Below are positions 28,308 through 39,097 of a stretch of DNA of 61,950 bases, in pieces. Source of the DNA: Mageeibacillus sp. UBA1212 (GTDB lineage: Bacteria > Bacillota > Clostridia > UBA1212); assembly GCA_002309655.1 (NCBI GenBank), contig DBXM01000028.1, positions 1-61,950 of the forward strand, given 5' to 3'. Under the pieces are notes generated by a model. That model made no database searches. It was given only the letters and a program-made list of their open reading frames with translations, and had not been told where the DNA came from. A program made the position numbers and the translations under genes. Each line of letters starts with the position of its first letter. Position 1 is the first letter of the stretch.

Positions 28308-28571
28308 TTACTCGGTTACCTTGTTGGCAGCCTTTGCGAGTCTCGACTTTTTCCTTGCGGCGTTGTTCTTGTGGATAAGTCCCTTAGCGGCCGCCTTGTC
28401 AAGGCTGATCCCGGCCTCTTTGACGGCCTGCTCTTTGTTCTCGGCGTTGTTTGCGATCGCAACGCGTGCTTTCTTTACAGAAGTTCTGAGCGCCGACTTC
28501 GCAGAAGTGTTCCTCTTCTGTCTGGTCTCAGATGTAATAACTCTCTTTTTCGCTGACTTAATGTTCGGCAA
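28308..28571 (-). CDS. rpsT: 30S ribosomal protein S20
   Basis: [30 protein letters not shown]; TTG start after GGAGG. Confidence 0.97.
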   Translation of the reverse strand: MPNIKSAKKRVITSETRQKRNTSAKSALRTSVKKARVAIANNAENKEQAVKEAGISLDKAAAKGLIHKNNAARKKSRLAKAANKVTE

Positions 28572-28646
28572 AAAACTCACCTCCAAAAAATAACTGTTTT
28601 ACACAGTGAAATAATTCTGATTTATAATCCCGCGGCAACGTGAATA

Positions 28647-28961
28647 TTATTTCGCGGAACTCTTGAAAGTCTCGTCAACTTTTCTCTTAAGGGTCGAACC
28701 TACGCGGAAATAAACCTTCTTCGCGGCGGGAACGTCGATCATCGAACGCGGGGAGTCGTTCTTGACGCCCATGATGTCGATGCTCTTGCGCGCGGCGCGG
28801 TCTTTGATTCCGAATGCGCCGAAGCCGTTAACCTGGACTTCCTTGCCGTCCGCTACCAGCTCCGCAATGGAGTCGAAAATGCAATCGAGCATAAGCTCCG
28901 AGTCTTTCTGCGTAAATCCGCTTTTATCTGCTATATATTTAACTAATTCCTTCTTCTTCAT
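28647..28961 (-). CDS. HU family DNA-binding protein (atypical arm)
   Basis: M.K.EL...IA, V...GFG.F, VPA.K..F. Confidence 0.85.
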   Translation of the reverse strand: MKKKELVKYIADKSGFTQKDSELMLDCIFDSIAELVADGKEVQVNGFGAFGIKDRAARKSIDIMGVKNDSPRSMIDVPAAKKVYFRVGSTLKRKVDETFKSSAK

Positions 28962-29073
28962 AACACACCTCTCTCATTGTTATCCGCCGCGCGTTTATCT
29001 GTCATCGCGCGCGGCGTCAGACTTGTCATTAATTGTGGGGGATCGGGTTAATCCTGACGTGTCGTGTCAGAGA

Positions 29074-31305
29074 TTATTCCTCGCTCGTCTCACCAAAATC
29101 AAGCTGGCCAATGAGATCCGCGATAGAAGTGCCGGAAGGAGTAATGTCGTCGTGGAACTCCTCTTCCTTCGGTTTTCTGGGGGCTCTGGGCTTTCTCTCG
29201 GCCTTTGCTGCGTCACCGTTCTCGGCGGCGGGCTTGGGAGCGCGCTCCTTTCTGGGAGCTCTTTCTTTCTTTTCCTTAACGATCGGATTGCCGTTCTCGT
29301 CGAGTTCCTCGGGCTTGTAGGGCGGATCGTAGGGCTGGACCTCTTTGATGCCGAGGCTGAGCTTTCTGTTCTCAACGTCGATGGAGAGGACTTTCGCCTG
29401 GACCTGCTGGCCGATTTCGAGGCACTCTTCCGCGGAAGTGATCCTTCTGTTGGAAATGTGCGAAATGTGTACGAGCGCGGTGATTCCGGGAACCACTTCA
29501 ACGAACACGCCGTAGTGCTTGCCTTCCTTGGTCACTGCGTATCTCGAAACGGTAACGTCGAGAATGTCGCCGACCTGGTAGGTATTTTCGGCGTCGTACC
29601 ACGGGTCGTCCTCGGGCCTCTTTGCGGAAAGGTTGATTCTGCCCTTCTCGCGGTCGAAGTCGAGAACCTTGACGGTAACTGTGTCGCCTTTCTTGACGGC
29701 TTCGTTGATGTCTCTGATCCTTCTCCAGGAAGCGTCTCTGACGGAAAGGAATCCGTCGTATCCGGGCTCAAGCTCGACAAACGCGCCGGTTCCGGTCTTG
29801 GTAACGCCCTTGACCTTGCCGGTGTATTCCTTGCCGACCTCAAGGCCGCCCCAGAACGCGTCGTCGGCCGCCTGCTTCTTCTCGGCGAGAAGAGTCTTCG
29901 CGGAACCGCTGATTCTGAGCCTTCCCTTTTCATCGGGCTCGTAGCGGGTAATAAGAACTTCGACTTCCTTGCCGACTCTGTCTTCAGTCTTCTTGACGTA
30001 GAAAAGATCAAGCTGGGAAGCGGAAATGTACAGCTGGGCTGTGCCGTAAGCTGCGATAACACCTCTCTCGGTGGCTTTGATTATTTTAACGGTAACGGGG
30101 GTTTTGTTCTTGTACGCTTCTTCGAGTGCGAGCAGGTCAACATTTTTATCAACTTTTGATTTGGAAAGCTTAACCTCGCAGTCTCTGTCGCTGACATGAA
30201 CAACGTATGCTTTTACCATTGCACCGACTTCCGGTGTCTCATCGAATTCGTTGATATCAACATAGCCCTCATACTTAAAACCGAGATCCAGATAAACGCG
30301 GGTGGCGTCAACTTTGATGATCGGTTTTTCAACAACCTCGCCGCTCTTGACAGTTACGAGATTCTCCTTGAGCATCTCATCGAAATTCTCGCTCACGGTC
30401 TCCGCAGCTGCCTCAGCAGTCTCCACAGCTTCATCGGTCACTACTTCATTTTCGATCGATTTCACTTCATCCATAATTACTAAAACCTCCTCGATGAGCC
30501 GACGCGGTGTCGATGCACCGGCCGTCACACCTATATTAAAAAAATTACTGTCGCTGACTTGCAAATCGGCGGGCTTTTCCACAAATTCAACGCGGGGACA
30601 GATTTCCGCGCAAATCTCGTAGAGCTTGAGCGTGTTGGAACTGGTTTTGCTGCCGATAACGACCATCAGATCGCTTTCGGAGGCCAGTTTTCGCGCTTCT
30701 TCCTGCCTTTTCGCAGTCGCGTTACATATGGTATCATAAAATAAAATTTCGTCAAGGTTTTTTTTGAGAAATTCTTTGATTTTTCCGTATTTTTCCGCGT
30801 TGAACGTGGTTTGGACGACCGAGGAATATTTCCCACTTTTAGATATTTTCGCCTGACAGGCCTCAATCGAGTCTACCACGGTCGCAGCGCCGCCGCAGCA
30901 GCCGTTGATGCCCTTGACTTCGGGGTGCTCCGCGTCACCGATAATAATGATTTTCCGCCCTTTCGCGCTCTCCTCGGAGACGAGTCTGTGGATCTTTCCG
31001 ACAAACGGGCAGGTCGCGTCCCTGACCTCCGCTCCGCGCGCCTCAAGTGCCGCTACGACCTCCGGTGAAACGCCGTGGGCACGGATAATAACGCAGTCGC
31101 CGGCCTTCGCCTCCTCAGCGGATTCGATAACGCCAACGCCCGCGTCGCGCAGTTCCCCGATCACGCTCTCGTTGTGGATCAGCGGTCCGAACGTCACGAC
31201 GCGCCTTCCCTCGTACTCCGGCGAGCGCGCGATCTCAAATGCCAGTTTGACGGCGTTGCTGACTCCGAAGCAGAATCCCGCCGTTTTTGCGAGTGTTACT
31301 TTCAT
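29074..31305 (-). CDS. ispH: Bifunctional IspH / ribosomal protein S1 fusion
   Basis: AGFCFGV, IHN, AHG, DATCPFV, QTT, TICNAT..RQ, SSNT, TAGASTP followed by four S1 domains. Confidence 0.95.
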   Translation of the reverse strand: MKVTLAKTAGFCFGVSNAVKLAFEIARSPEYEGRRVVTFGPLIHNESVIGELRDAGVGVIESAEEAKAGDCVIIRAHGVSPEVVAALEARGAEVRDATCPFVGKIHRLVSEESAKGRKIIIIGDAEHPEVKGINGCCGGAATVVDSIEACQAKISKSGKYSSVVQTTFNAEKYGKIKEFLKKNLDEILFYDTICNATAKRQEEARKLASESDLMVVIGSKTSSNTLKLYEICAEICPRVEFVEKPADLQVSDSNFFNIGVTAGASTPRRLIEEVLVIMDEVKSIENEVVTDEAVETAEAAAETVSENFDEMLKENLVTVKSGEVVEKPIIKVDATRVYLDLGFKYEGYVDINEFDETPEVGAMVKAYVVHVSDRDCEVKLSKSKVDKNVDLLALEEAYKNKTPVTVKIIKATERGVIAAYGTAQLYISASQLDLFYVKKTEDRVGKEVEVLITRYEPDEKGRLRISGSAKTLLAEKKQAADDAFWGGLEVGKEYTGKVKGVTKTGTGAFVELEPGYDGFLSVRDASWRRIRDINEAVKKGDTVTVKVLDFDREKGRINLSAKRPEDDPWYDAENTYQVGDILDVTVSRYAVTKEGKHYGVFVEVVPGITALVHISHISNRRITSAEECLEIGQQVQAKVLSIDVENRKLSLGIKEVQPYDPPYKPEELDENGNPIVKEKKERAPRKERAPKPAAENGDAAKAERKPRAPRKPKEEEFHDDITPSGTSIADLIGQLDFGETSEE
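30728..30755 (-). promoter_or_regulatory. Putative internal promoter for the S1 portion
   Basis: TTGACG-16nt-TACCAT with extended TG in a local AT-rich patch; GAGGAGG at 30486-30492 before ATG 30474. Confidence 0.55.
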
Positions 31306-31360
31306 AAAACCTTACCGTTTGAAATCTCAAAGATTTTTCCGGCGCTTGACCTCCGCCGGT

Positions 31361-33382
31361 TTATTTTTGCGCCAGCTTTTCGAGAACGATCTTCTCCGCC
31401 GCCAGCTGGGAATGCTCAAGATCAAGGTCTGTCGTGTCGAGCACCACCGCATCCTCCGCCTGCCTGAGGGGCGAGACCGCCCTATGGGAGTCGCCGTAGT
31501 CGCGCTCGATTATTTCGCGAAGAACCGTCTCGTAATCCGTCTCCGTTCCCTTCTCCTTTAGCTCAAGGAACCGCCTTCTTGCGCGCTCCTCAGCGGAGGC
31601 AGTGAGGTAGATCTTCACGGTGGCGTTGGGAAGCACGTGGGTGCCGATGTCGCGGCCGTCCATGACGATACTGTTCTTCTCGCCTATCTTTCTCTGCATG
31701 TCCACAAGGAAGACCCTCACGGATGCGATAGCGGAAACCTTCGACGCCTCCATCGAAATGAGTGGCGTGCGGATCTTTTCCGAAACGTCCTCGTCTCCGA
31801 TAAGCATGTGCTGGACGCTGTTTTCATCGTACTCAACGCGAACGTCGCACTCCGAGAGGAGATTGTCAATCATTTTCTCGGTTTCGGGCGTGATCGCGCC
31901 GGCTTCGACCTCTCCCGCGAGCTGCGGAAGCTTCCTGTCCATGAACAGTGCGACGGTTCTGTACATCGCTCCGGTGTCCAGGTAGCCGATCTTGAGTTTT
32001 TTCGCCAGCCACTTAGCGACGGTGCTCTTGCCTGCGCCGCTGGGGCCGTCGATCGCGATATTGAAAATCCTGTCTGCGGTAACGTTTTCCATCTTTTTCT
32101 CCGTTTTGATGATTTTCTGCGTATTTATCAGGTGCGGAAGCGCCTCTTTGTAAAGGTAGAGCGAGCCGATCACGAGCAGCACTTCTTTGTGTTTGAGCTC
32201 TCCCGCGATTTTTTCGATTATGTTGTCTTCCAGGTTCGCCGCTTCGGCTTTAATTCCGAACCGCGCGGCTTCTTCTTTAAGCTTTTCTGCGGGAAGGCTC
32301 CGCGGGTTGTCCGGGCAGACCGCGTAAAGTCTGTCGATTCTTCTTGAGAGAAGCCCCAGCATTCCCGCGTGGTCCTTGTCGGCCATGACACCCATCACCG
32401 CGGTGATCTTCCTGCCCACGAAAAACGCGTCGACGCTTTTCAGCAGGTTTTCGACTCCGTTGACGTTGTGGGCGCCGTCGTAAACGACCACCGGATTTTT
32501 CGAGAACACCTCGAACCGCGCCGGCCATTTCGCGTCTTTCAAGCCTTTTCTGACGGCAGCGTCGTCAATTTTAAAGCCCGCTTTTCTGAGTATCCGGACG
32601 GTTTCTATCACGCAAACGGCGTTTTCGGTCTGGTGAATGCCCGCGAGGCCGACTTTCAGGTTCTTGAACTCGGCGTAGTCGATCACCGAGCCGTCGATGC
32701 CCGCCTTCTTAATTTTGAGCGTCTGTCTGTCGGGAACGGTAAGCGGAACTCTTTTCGCGCGGCATACGCCTTTGATGACCTCTTCCGCCTCTTCGTTCCC
32801 GCCGTAGAAGACCGCCCTTGTGCCGCGTTTTATGATTCCCGCCTTGGCTTCGGCTATGTGCCTGATGTCGGGGCCGAGCTCCGCGACATGGTCGAGGCCG
32901 ATGTTCATGATGACCGCGGCAACCGGCGCTCCGATGACGTTGGTGGCGTCGTTTTTGCCGCCCATTCCCGCCTCCAGAACCACGACGTCGCACTTTTTTT
33001 CGTGAAAGTAGAACATCGCTGCGGCGGTCTCGATTTCAAATGCGGTCGGCGCGTCCTTCGCGGACGTAACCAGCGGCTCGAGTCGCTTTTCGAGGCGTTT
33101 CAGGTCGCGTTCCGGTATCTCCCGGCCGTTGATCTTGATCCTCTCGCGAACCTGCACGACTGCCGGAGACGTGTACGTTCCGACCTTCAGCCCCGCGCTC
33201 CTCAGAATGAACGAGAGCATGCAGCAGCATGAGCCCTTCCCGTTGGTGCCCGCGACGTGAACGAATTTAAGTTCCTTCTGCGGGTCGCCCAGAAGCTTCA
33301 GCAGCCGCCTCGTGCGTGAAAGCCCCGGCTTCGTTATTCTCCTCTTTTCGTCGGTGAAAAACCCGGCCTTCGCTTCCGTCAT
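31361..33382 (-). CDS. Fused folylpolyglutamate synthase (FolC) and cytidylate kinase (Cmk)
   Basis: HVAGTNGKGS, LEAGMGG..DATN, DGAHN, then IAIDGPSGAGKST, YLDTGAMYR, MDGRDIGT in one frame. Confidence 0.9.
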   Translation of the reverse strand: MTEAKAGFFTDEKRRITKPGLSRTRRLLKLLGDPQKELKFVHVAGTNGKGSCCCMLSFILRSAGLKVGTYTSPAVVQVRERIKINGREIPERDLKRLEKRLEPLVTSAKDAPTAFEIETAAAMFYFHEKKCDVVVLEAGMGGKNDATNVIGAPVAAVIMNIGLDHVAELGPDIRHIAEAKAGIIKRGTRAVFYGGNEEAEEVIKGVCRAKRVPLTVPDRQTLKIKKAGIDGSVIDYAEFKNLKVGLAGIHQTENAVCVIETVRILRKAGFKIDDAAVRKGLKDAKWPARFEVFSKNPVVVYDGAHNVNGVENLLKSVDAFFVGRKITAVMGVMADKDHAGMLGLLSRRIDRLYAVCPDNPRSLPAEKLKEEAARFGIKAEAANLEDNIIEKIAGELKHKEVLLVIGSLYLYKEALPHLINTQKIIKTEKKMENVTADRIFNIAIDGPSGAGKSTVAKWLAKKLKIGYLDTGAMYRTVALFMDRKLPQLAGEVEAGAITPETEKMIDNLLSECDVRVEYDENSVQHMLIGDEDVSEKIRTPLISMEASKVSAIASVRVFLVDMQRKIGEKNSIVMDGRDIGTHVLPNATVKIYLTASAEERARRRFLELKEKGTETDYETVLREIIERDYGDSHRAVSPLRQAEDAVVLDTTDLDLEHSQLAAEKIVLEKLAQK

Positions 33383-33972
33383 TTCCTGCCGCTCCCCACG
33401 AGCCTGCCGAGGGCTCTGTTTGTGTACAGAACGTAGATCGCCGCCGTCTCGACGACCGCCTCACCCACCGTAATTGCGTTGCGCGTGAGGATGAAGAGCG
33501 GGAACTCGTTCGTGAATTTGCCGTAAAAATAGGCAAGAAGCAGCGTCATCATTATTCCCTGGGTGATTACCTTCGTGAGCACTGTCGACGCCGCGATGCC
33601 GGGAATCATCCGGAGCGACTTTTTGTCTGTGCCGCAGCCGCCCTGCCCCACGCGGAACAGTTTGAAGAAGAACCACGGCAGAATGCCGCACACCGCGGCC
33701 GGTATCGTAAGCGCCGGATTCCAGCCGGTCGACATTATCGCGCCGAGAATGTCCGCCGCCGCACCCGTGAACATGCCGAGCACCGGGCCGAACCACACGC
33801 TCGCCAGCATAACGGGAAGCCGTCCGAATCCGATTCTGATCGTGTCGCCGATTCCGATACTCGCGTACCGGGTCAGCACGATTGAAAGCGCGACAAGCAC
33901 CGCGCAGAAGACCCAGTTTTTCCAGTCGGCAAGGTTTCTGAAAGCCCTGCCGGCGTCTCTCTTCTCTTCCAT
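33379..33972 (-). CDS. folT: Folate ECF transporter S component
   Basis: ALSIVL.R, IRIGFG.LP.......FGP..G......D; upstream of folC, behind a THF-like riboswitch. Confidence 0.85.
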   Translation of the reverse strand: MEEKRDAGRAFRNLADWKNWVFCAVLVALSIVLTRYASIGIGDTIRIGFGRLPVMLASVWFGPVLGMFTGAAADILGAIMSTGWNPALTIPAAVCGILPWFFFKLFRVGQGGCGTDKKSLRMIPGIAASTVLTKVITQGIMMTLLLAYFYGKFTNEFPLFILTRNAITVGEAVVETAAIYVLYTNRALGRLVGSGRK

Positions 33973-34010
33973 AAAAAAAGCTCCTTTTCACAAAAAATCA
34001 TGAAAAGAGC
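33973..34010 (-). promoter_or_regulatory. RBS-sequestering/terminator-like hairpin of the folT leader
   Basis: GCTCTTTTCA...TGAAAAGGAGC stem contains the AAGGAG RBS, followed by T7. Confidence 0.7.
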
Positions 34011-34034
34011 ATCATCTGTGTAACAAAAACGTTT

Positions 34035-34189
34035 ACAGCGGATGAAGCGCCTTCCGCCCGGAACGCCGCCTGCCGCCGCCCGCGCAGCTTTATACCGGTT
34101 GCGCGTTATCTTTTGCGGTGGCACCGCTTCCGTCGCCTTACCGGGCAATACTCCCATCCCGGCCGGCGGCAAAAAGGCACCTGCTCTGT
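34035..34189 (-). promoter_or_regulatory. THF riboswitch-like element (divergent)
   Basis: ACAGAGCAGG...CATCCGCTGT P1; CCGGGATGGGAGTATTGCCCGG; position upstream of folT. Confidence 0.65.
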
Positions 34190-34268
34190 TTTTATTGTGC
34201 GGCCCGCCTCCTCCCCTCCTTTAAATCACTAAGGTAAGAACAGGAGGCGGGCAACTGAATTATCAACT

Positions 34269-34630
34269 AAGGAAGCGCTGATTTAGTAGCTATTTTTGCG
34301 TGCGCGACCCCGAAGCTGCCGCACTTTGCATCGCGTCCCTCACTTGACTGGGCAAAGCCCAGAATCGTTCATGCCGCCGATGCAAAGCTGCGGCGACGTT
34401 TATAAGGTAGAATCGCGTGCGTCTCGCGCGAGGGCGACTTTTAGCGCCAGCTAAACTGGAGACCAAGCGGAGACGCATGCGGGTCCGCGCAAAGCAAGCG
34501 GCAGCAATTGTCGCAAGACACCTTGTTCTTACGAGTCGGCCTGAATAAATGAACTGCGTTCAAATACGCTAATACGTAGTTCAACTACGCTTCGCCGCTT
34601 GCGTAAAGAGCACTAAATCAGTGCTTCCTT
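34269..34630. repeat. Structured palindromic repeat, copy 2 (with ~160-bp internal insert)
   Basis: 19-bp terminal arms (18/19); shares internal blocks with copies 1 and 3. Confidence 0.88.
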
Positions 34631-35823
34631 CAAACACCGGCGAGGCGCTTCGTCTCGCGCGCGATGGCCAGTTCCTCGTTGGTCGGGATCACGAGAATCT
34701 TAATTCTCGAGTCGTAGGCCGAGAGGTCAGCCTCAACGCCGCGGATGTTGTTCTTGGAGACGTCCATCTTGATGCCGAGGAAGTCCATGTCCTCGCATAC
34801 CTTTTCACGGGTGTATTTGTCGTTCTCGCCGACGCCCGCGGTGAATACTATCGCGTCGGCGCCGTTCATTGCAGCAATATACTCGCCGATGTAGGCCTTG
34901 ATCCTGTACACGAACATGTCGCGTGCAAGAATCGACCTTCTGTCGCCCTCTTCTGCCGCCGCCCAGACGTCGCGTGTGTCAGCGCTGACGCCGCTGATGC
35001 CGAGCACGCCGGATTTCTTGTTCATGACCGTGTCGATTTCCTTGGTGGTGTATCCGAGGTTGACCAGGTAGGTCACGACCGCCGGGTCGAGCTTGCCGCA
35101 CCTGGTGCCCATTACGAGGCCGTCAAGGGGCGTGAATCCCATCGAGGTGTCGATGCAGCGACCGTTCTTGACCGCCGCGATGCTGGCGCCGCTGCCGATG
35201 TGGAGCGTGATGATCTTGAGCTCTTCGAGGGGCTTTCCGAGCATTTCAGCGGCTCTCTCTGCCACGAATTTGTGGGAAGTTCCGTGGAAACCATACTTTC
35301 TCAGGCGGTATTTCTCGTAAAACTCGTACGGGAGCGCGTACATGTAGGCTTTTTCGGGCATCGTTTGATGGAAGGCCGTGTCGAAAACGCCGACCTGCGG
35401 GACGCCGGGCATTGCCGCCGTGACCGCCTTGATGCCGATGATGTTCGGGGGATTGTGGAGCGGCGCGAGAGGCGTGCACTCGTCGAGGGCCTTCATAACG
35501 TCGTCCGTGATCGGCACCGAGCAGGCAAACTTTTCGCCGCCGTGAACCACTCTGTGGCCGACAGCCGAGATCTCGCCCAGGTCTTTGATGACGCCGATTT
35601 CCTTGTCGGTAAGCGCCTTGATGACCTCGCGGATCGCCACCTCGTGGTTGGGCAGGTCGACCTTGATAACGACTCTGCTTCTGCCGCCGGGAATGTGATT
35701 GAGCACGGATTCGTTGATGCCGATGCGCTCGCAAAGACCCTTCGCGAGGACCTCTTCGGTCTCCATGTCGATCAGCTGATACTTGAGCGACGAACTGCCG
35801 CAGTTGATTACCAGTACTTTCAT
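34630..35823 (-). CDS. ackA: Acetate kinase
   Basis: [47 protein letters not shown]. Confidence 0.98.
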   Translation of the reverse strand: MKVLVINCGSSSLKYQLIDMETEEVLAKGLCERIGINESVLNHIPGGRSRVVIKVDLPNHEVAIREVIKALTDKEIGVIKDLGEISAVGHRVVHGGEKFACSVPITDDVMKALDECTPLAPLHNPPNIIGIKAVTAAMPGVPQVGVFDTAFHQTMPEKAYMYALPYEFYEKYRLRKYGFHGTSHKFVAERAAEMLGKPLEELKIITLHIGSGASIAAVKNGRCIDTSMGFTPLDGLVMGTRCGKLDPAVVTYLVNLGYTTKEIDTVMNKKSGVLGISGVSADTRDVWAAAEEGDRRSILARDMFVYRIKAYIGEYIAAMNGADAIVFTAGVGENDKYTREKVCEDMDFLGIKMDVSKNNIRGVEADLSAYDSRIKILVIPTNEELAIARETKRLAGV

Positions 35824-35915
35824 TCTTTACCTCTTTCCGTTGAAATAGTGCTTTTTATTCGTGAATTAAGCCTGTTCGTGAATTATGACCGGCCGTGTGC
35901 CGCGCGTTAAAGCGG

Positions 35916-37031
<1,116 letters not shown>

Positions 37032-37062
37032 TTAAATCGCCTCTAAATGCCCGCTGAAAATC

Positions 37063-37335
37063 TTATTTAAAAACGACTTCCAGACACGGATTTTCCTTCG
37101 CCGCGTCTTCGAGAACGCCCTTTAGCGCCTCGCCCTTTTCGCCGAGCTTTTCCGCGAATCTGTCAAAGCCGCGGATCACCAGCTTCGTGTCCCTGCCGAC
37201 GTCGCCGAGCAGGTCGTAAAGCGCGTCGAGATTCCTGCCGAACCACTCGGGAAAGCTGAGTTTTTTCGCGATAACGTCGTAAAACCCGGAAATGTCTTCG
37301 ATTTTCGCGCAGTTGATTCTGCGTATAACAGTCAT
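37063..37335 (-). CDS. Barstar family RNase inhibitor
   Basis: FPEWFGRNLDALYDLL. Confidence 0.92.
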   Translation of the reverse strand: MTVIRRINCAKIEDISGFYDVIAKKLSFPEWFGRNLDALYDLLGDVGRDTKLVIRGFDRFAEKLGEKGEALKGVLEDAAKENPCLEVVFK

Positions 37336-37350
37336 ATTTTCCGCCTCCTT

Positions 37351-37938
37351 TTAATAGAGCTTCGTGAACGTCTCGTAGTGGTCGTCCGTGTACCAGACGC
37401 TGCCGTCGTTTCCGAAAACGATACGCTTCGCGCCGCGCTCTTTCGCGCCGTCCGTATCTATGTCGCACTCCTTGTACTTAACGCCTGTCGGCAGGCGCTT
37501 TTCCGCGTTGGAGAAGGTATCTCCGCCGATCGCCTTGCCGGGAGCGTATTTCTGAACGGAACCGCCGCTCCAGCCGAGGTCGCGCGCCTGATTCTTTGTT
37601 ATAAAGTTCTTCGGGAGCTTCCCGTACGTGTGGATGTAGAGCGCGACGCTGTCCTTGTCAAAGTACGAGCCGTTTTCGTCGATTTTGGTCGACGTTTCTC
37701 CGCCCTGGTCAGGCGTCTCCTTGGCTGCGTCCGTCTTTCCCGAATCGTTCCCTGCGTCGGTAACGATCGCCACGTCGGTCTGTTCCGCCGGCTGTCCCGT
37801 CAGCGCGCTGATGAATCCGCCGATTCCGCCCGGGTAGAACCTCCCGACGAAGAACAAAACCACCGCCACCGCTATCACCGCGAGAACGATCCACAGTATC
37901 TGCTTTGTATTTTTCTCGTTTTTCTTATTGTTTGCCAT
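37351..37938 (-). CDS. Barnase-like ribonuclease with N-terminal TM anchor
   Basis: LPKNFITK..A..LGW, IGGD.FSN.E.RLP, ECDID, RGAKRIVF, YTDDHY.TF. Confidence 0.92.
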   Translation of the reverse strand: MANNKKNEKNTKQILWIVLAVIAVAVVLFFVGRFYPGGIGGFISALTGQPAEQTDVAIVTDAGNDSGKTDAAKETPDQGGETSTKIDENGSYFDKDSVALYIHTYGKLPKNFITKNQARDLGWSGGSVQKYAPGKAIGGDTFSNAEKRLPTGVKYKECDIDTDGAKERGAKRIVFGNDGSVWYTDDHYETFTKLY

Positions 37939-38044
37939 TTTTCCGGCTCCTTCCGCAAAAAATGAATGTCAGTGCAAAATGTGAATGTATTTCAGGAATA
38001 AACTCGCGGCTCCGGGCCGGCGTTCCTTATTCATCGTTGCATGT

Positions 38045-38800
38045 TTATATAACTATTCCTCCGTTCGGGCTGATAACCTGCCCCGTTATAAACGAGGAAG
38101 CCGCCGAACACAGAAAATATACGGTTTCCGCCACGTCTTCCGGCGTTCCTATCCTGCCGAGAGGCGTTTCGTCGGCCAGTGCGCTCATGTCCTCGGGCGA
38201 CAGGTGTGAATTCATATCCGTGTCGATGACGCCGGGGGCGACGCAGTTCACGTTGATTCCCGCGGGGCCGACCTCCTTGGCCAGCGCCTTCGTGAACCCG
38301 ATCACCGCCGCCTTCGAGGCCGAGTAGCACGTCTCACACGAAGCGCCGGAAATTCCCCAAATCGAGGAGATATTCACGATTCTTCCGTAGCCTCGCCTGA
38401 TCATATAAGGCAGCGCCAGCTTCGTGCACATGAAGACCGCGTCGACGTTGACCGCGAAAGTCCTCCGCCAGTCCGCGTAGCTCAAATCCTGCAGAAGCTC
38501 CTGGCTCCCGATGCCGGCGTTGTTGACAAGAACGTCCACCGGCCCGATTTCCTCGCGAATCTCCGCGAACATCTCGACGATCTCGCCCGGTTCATCAAAA
38601 TCCGCTCTGAAAATGCGCACGATTCCGGTTCCGGTCGACTCCATCAGCTCGTCGGCCAGTTCCTCGGCCTTTTCGCGGTTGCGGGCGTAGTGGATCGCGA
38701 CGTTGTAGCCGGCGTCGAAAAACCGCCTGACGATTGCGGCGCCGATTCCGCCTGTTCCGCCTGTCACGAGCACGTTCGGTTTGTTGTTTCGGGCGTTCAT
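38045..38800 (-). CDS. SDR family oxidoreductase (FabG/YmfI-like)
   Basis: TGGTGGIG, NNAG, SSIWG..GASCE..YSASK. Confidence 0.9.
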   Translation of the reverse strand: MNARNNKPNVLVTGGTGGIGAAIVRRFFDAGYNVAIHYARNREKAEELADELMESTGTGIVRIFRADFDEPGEIVEMFAEIREEIGPVDVLVNNAGIGSQELLQDLSYADWRRTFAVNVDAVFMCTKLALPYMIRRGYGRIVNISSIWGISGASCETCYSASKAAVIGFTKALAKEVGPAGINVNCVAPGVIDTDMNSHLSPEDMSALADETPLGRIGTPEDVAETVYFLCSAASSFITGQVISPNGGIVI

Positions 38801-39097
38801 GTTTCCTCCGTGAATCTTTTTTGCGGCGTGAATTCCGTCCGCTCTCAAGGTCTCTGCGCGCCCCGATTTTTAGGTAAATCCGCCGGCCCGCATTTGCCCA
38901 GTTTATTTTACCACATTCTTGAAGCGATTTCGATAAGAAAAATGAATTTGCGCGCGATATTTGTCCGGGTTTGCTGGCTTAATTTGCGGCTTTTTCCGGA
39001 AATTTTCCGGGAAATAACGGCGGTTGACCGCTTCGCTCCGAAATGCTACAATTTCCGTCGTAAACAAGGAGCATTTTTGATTCACGGAGGCGCAGGA

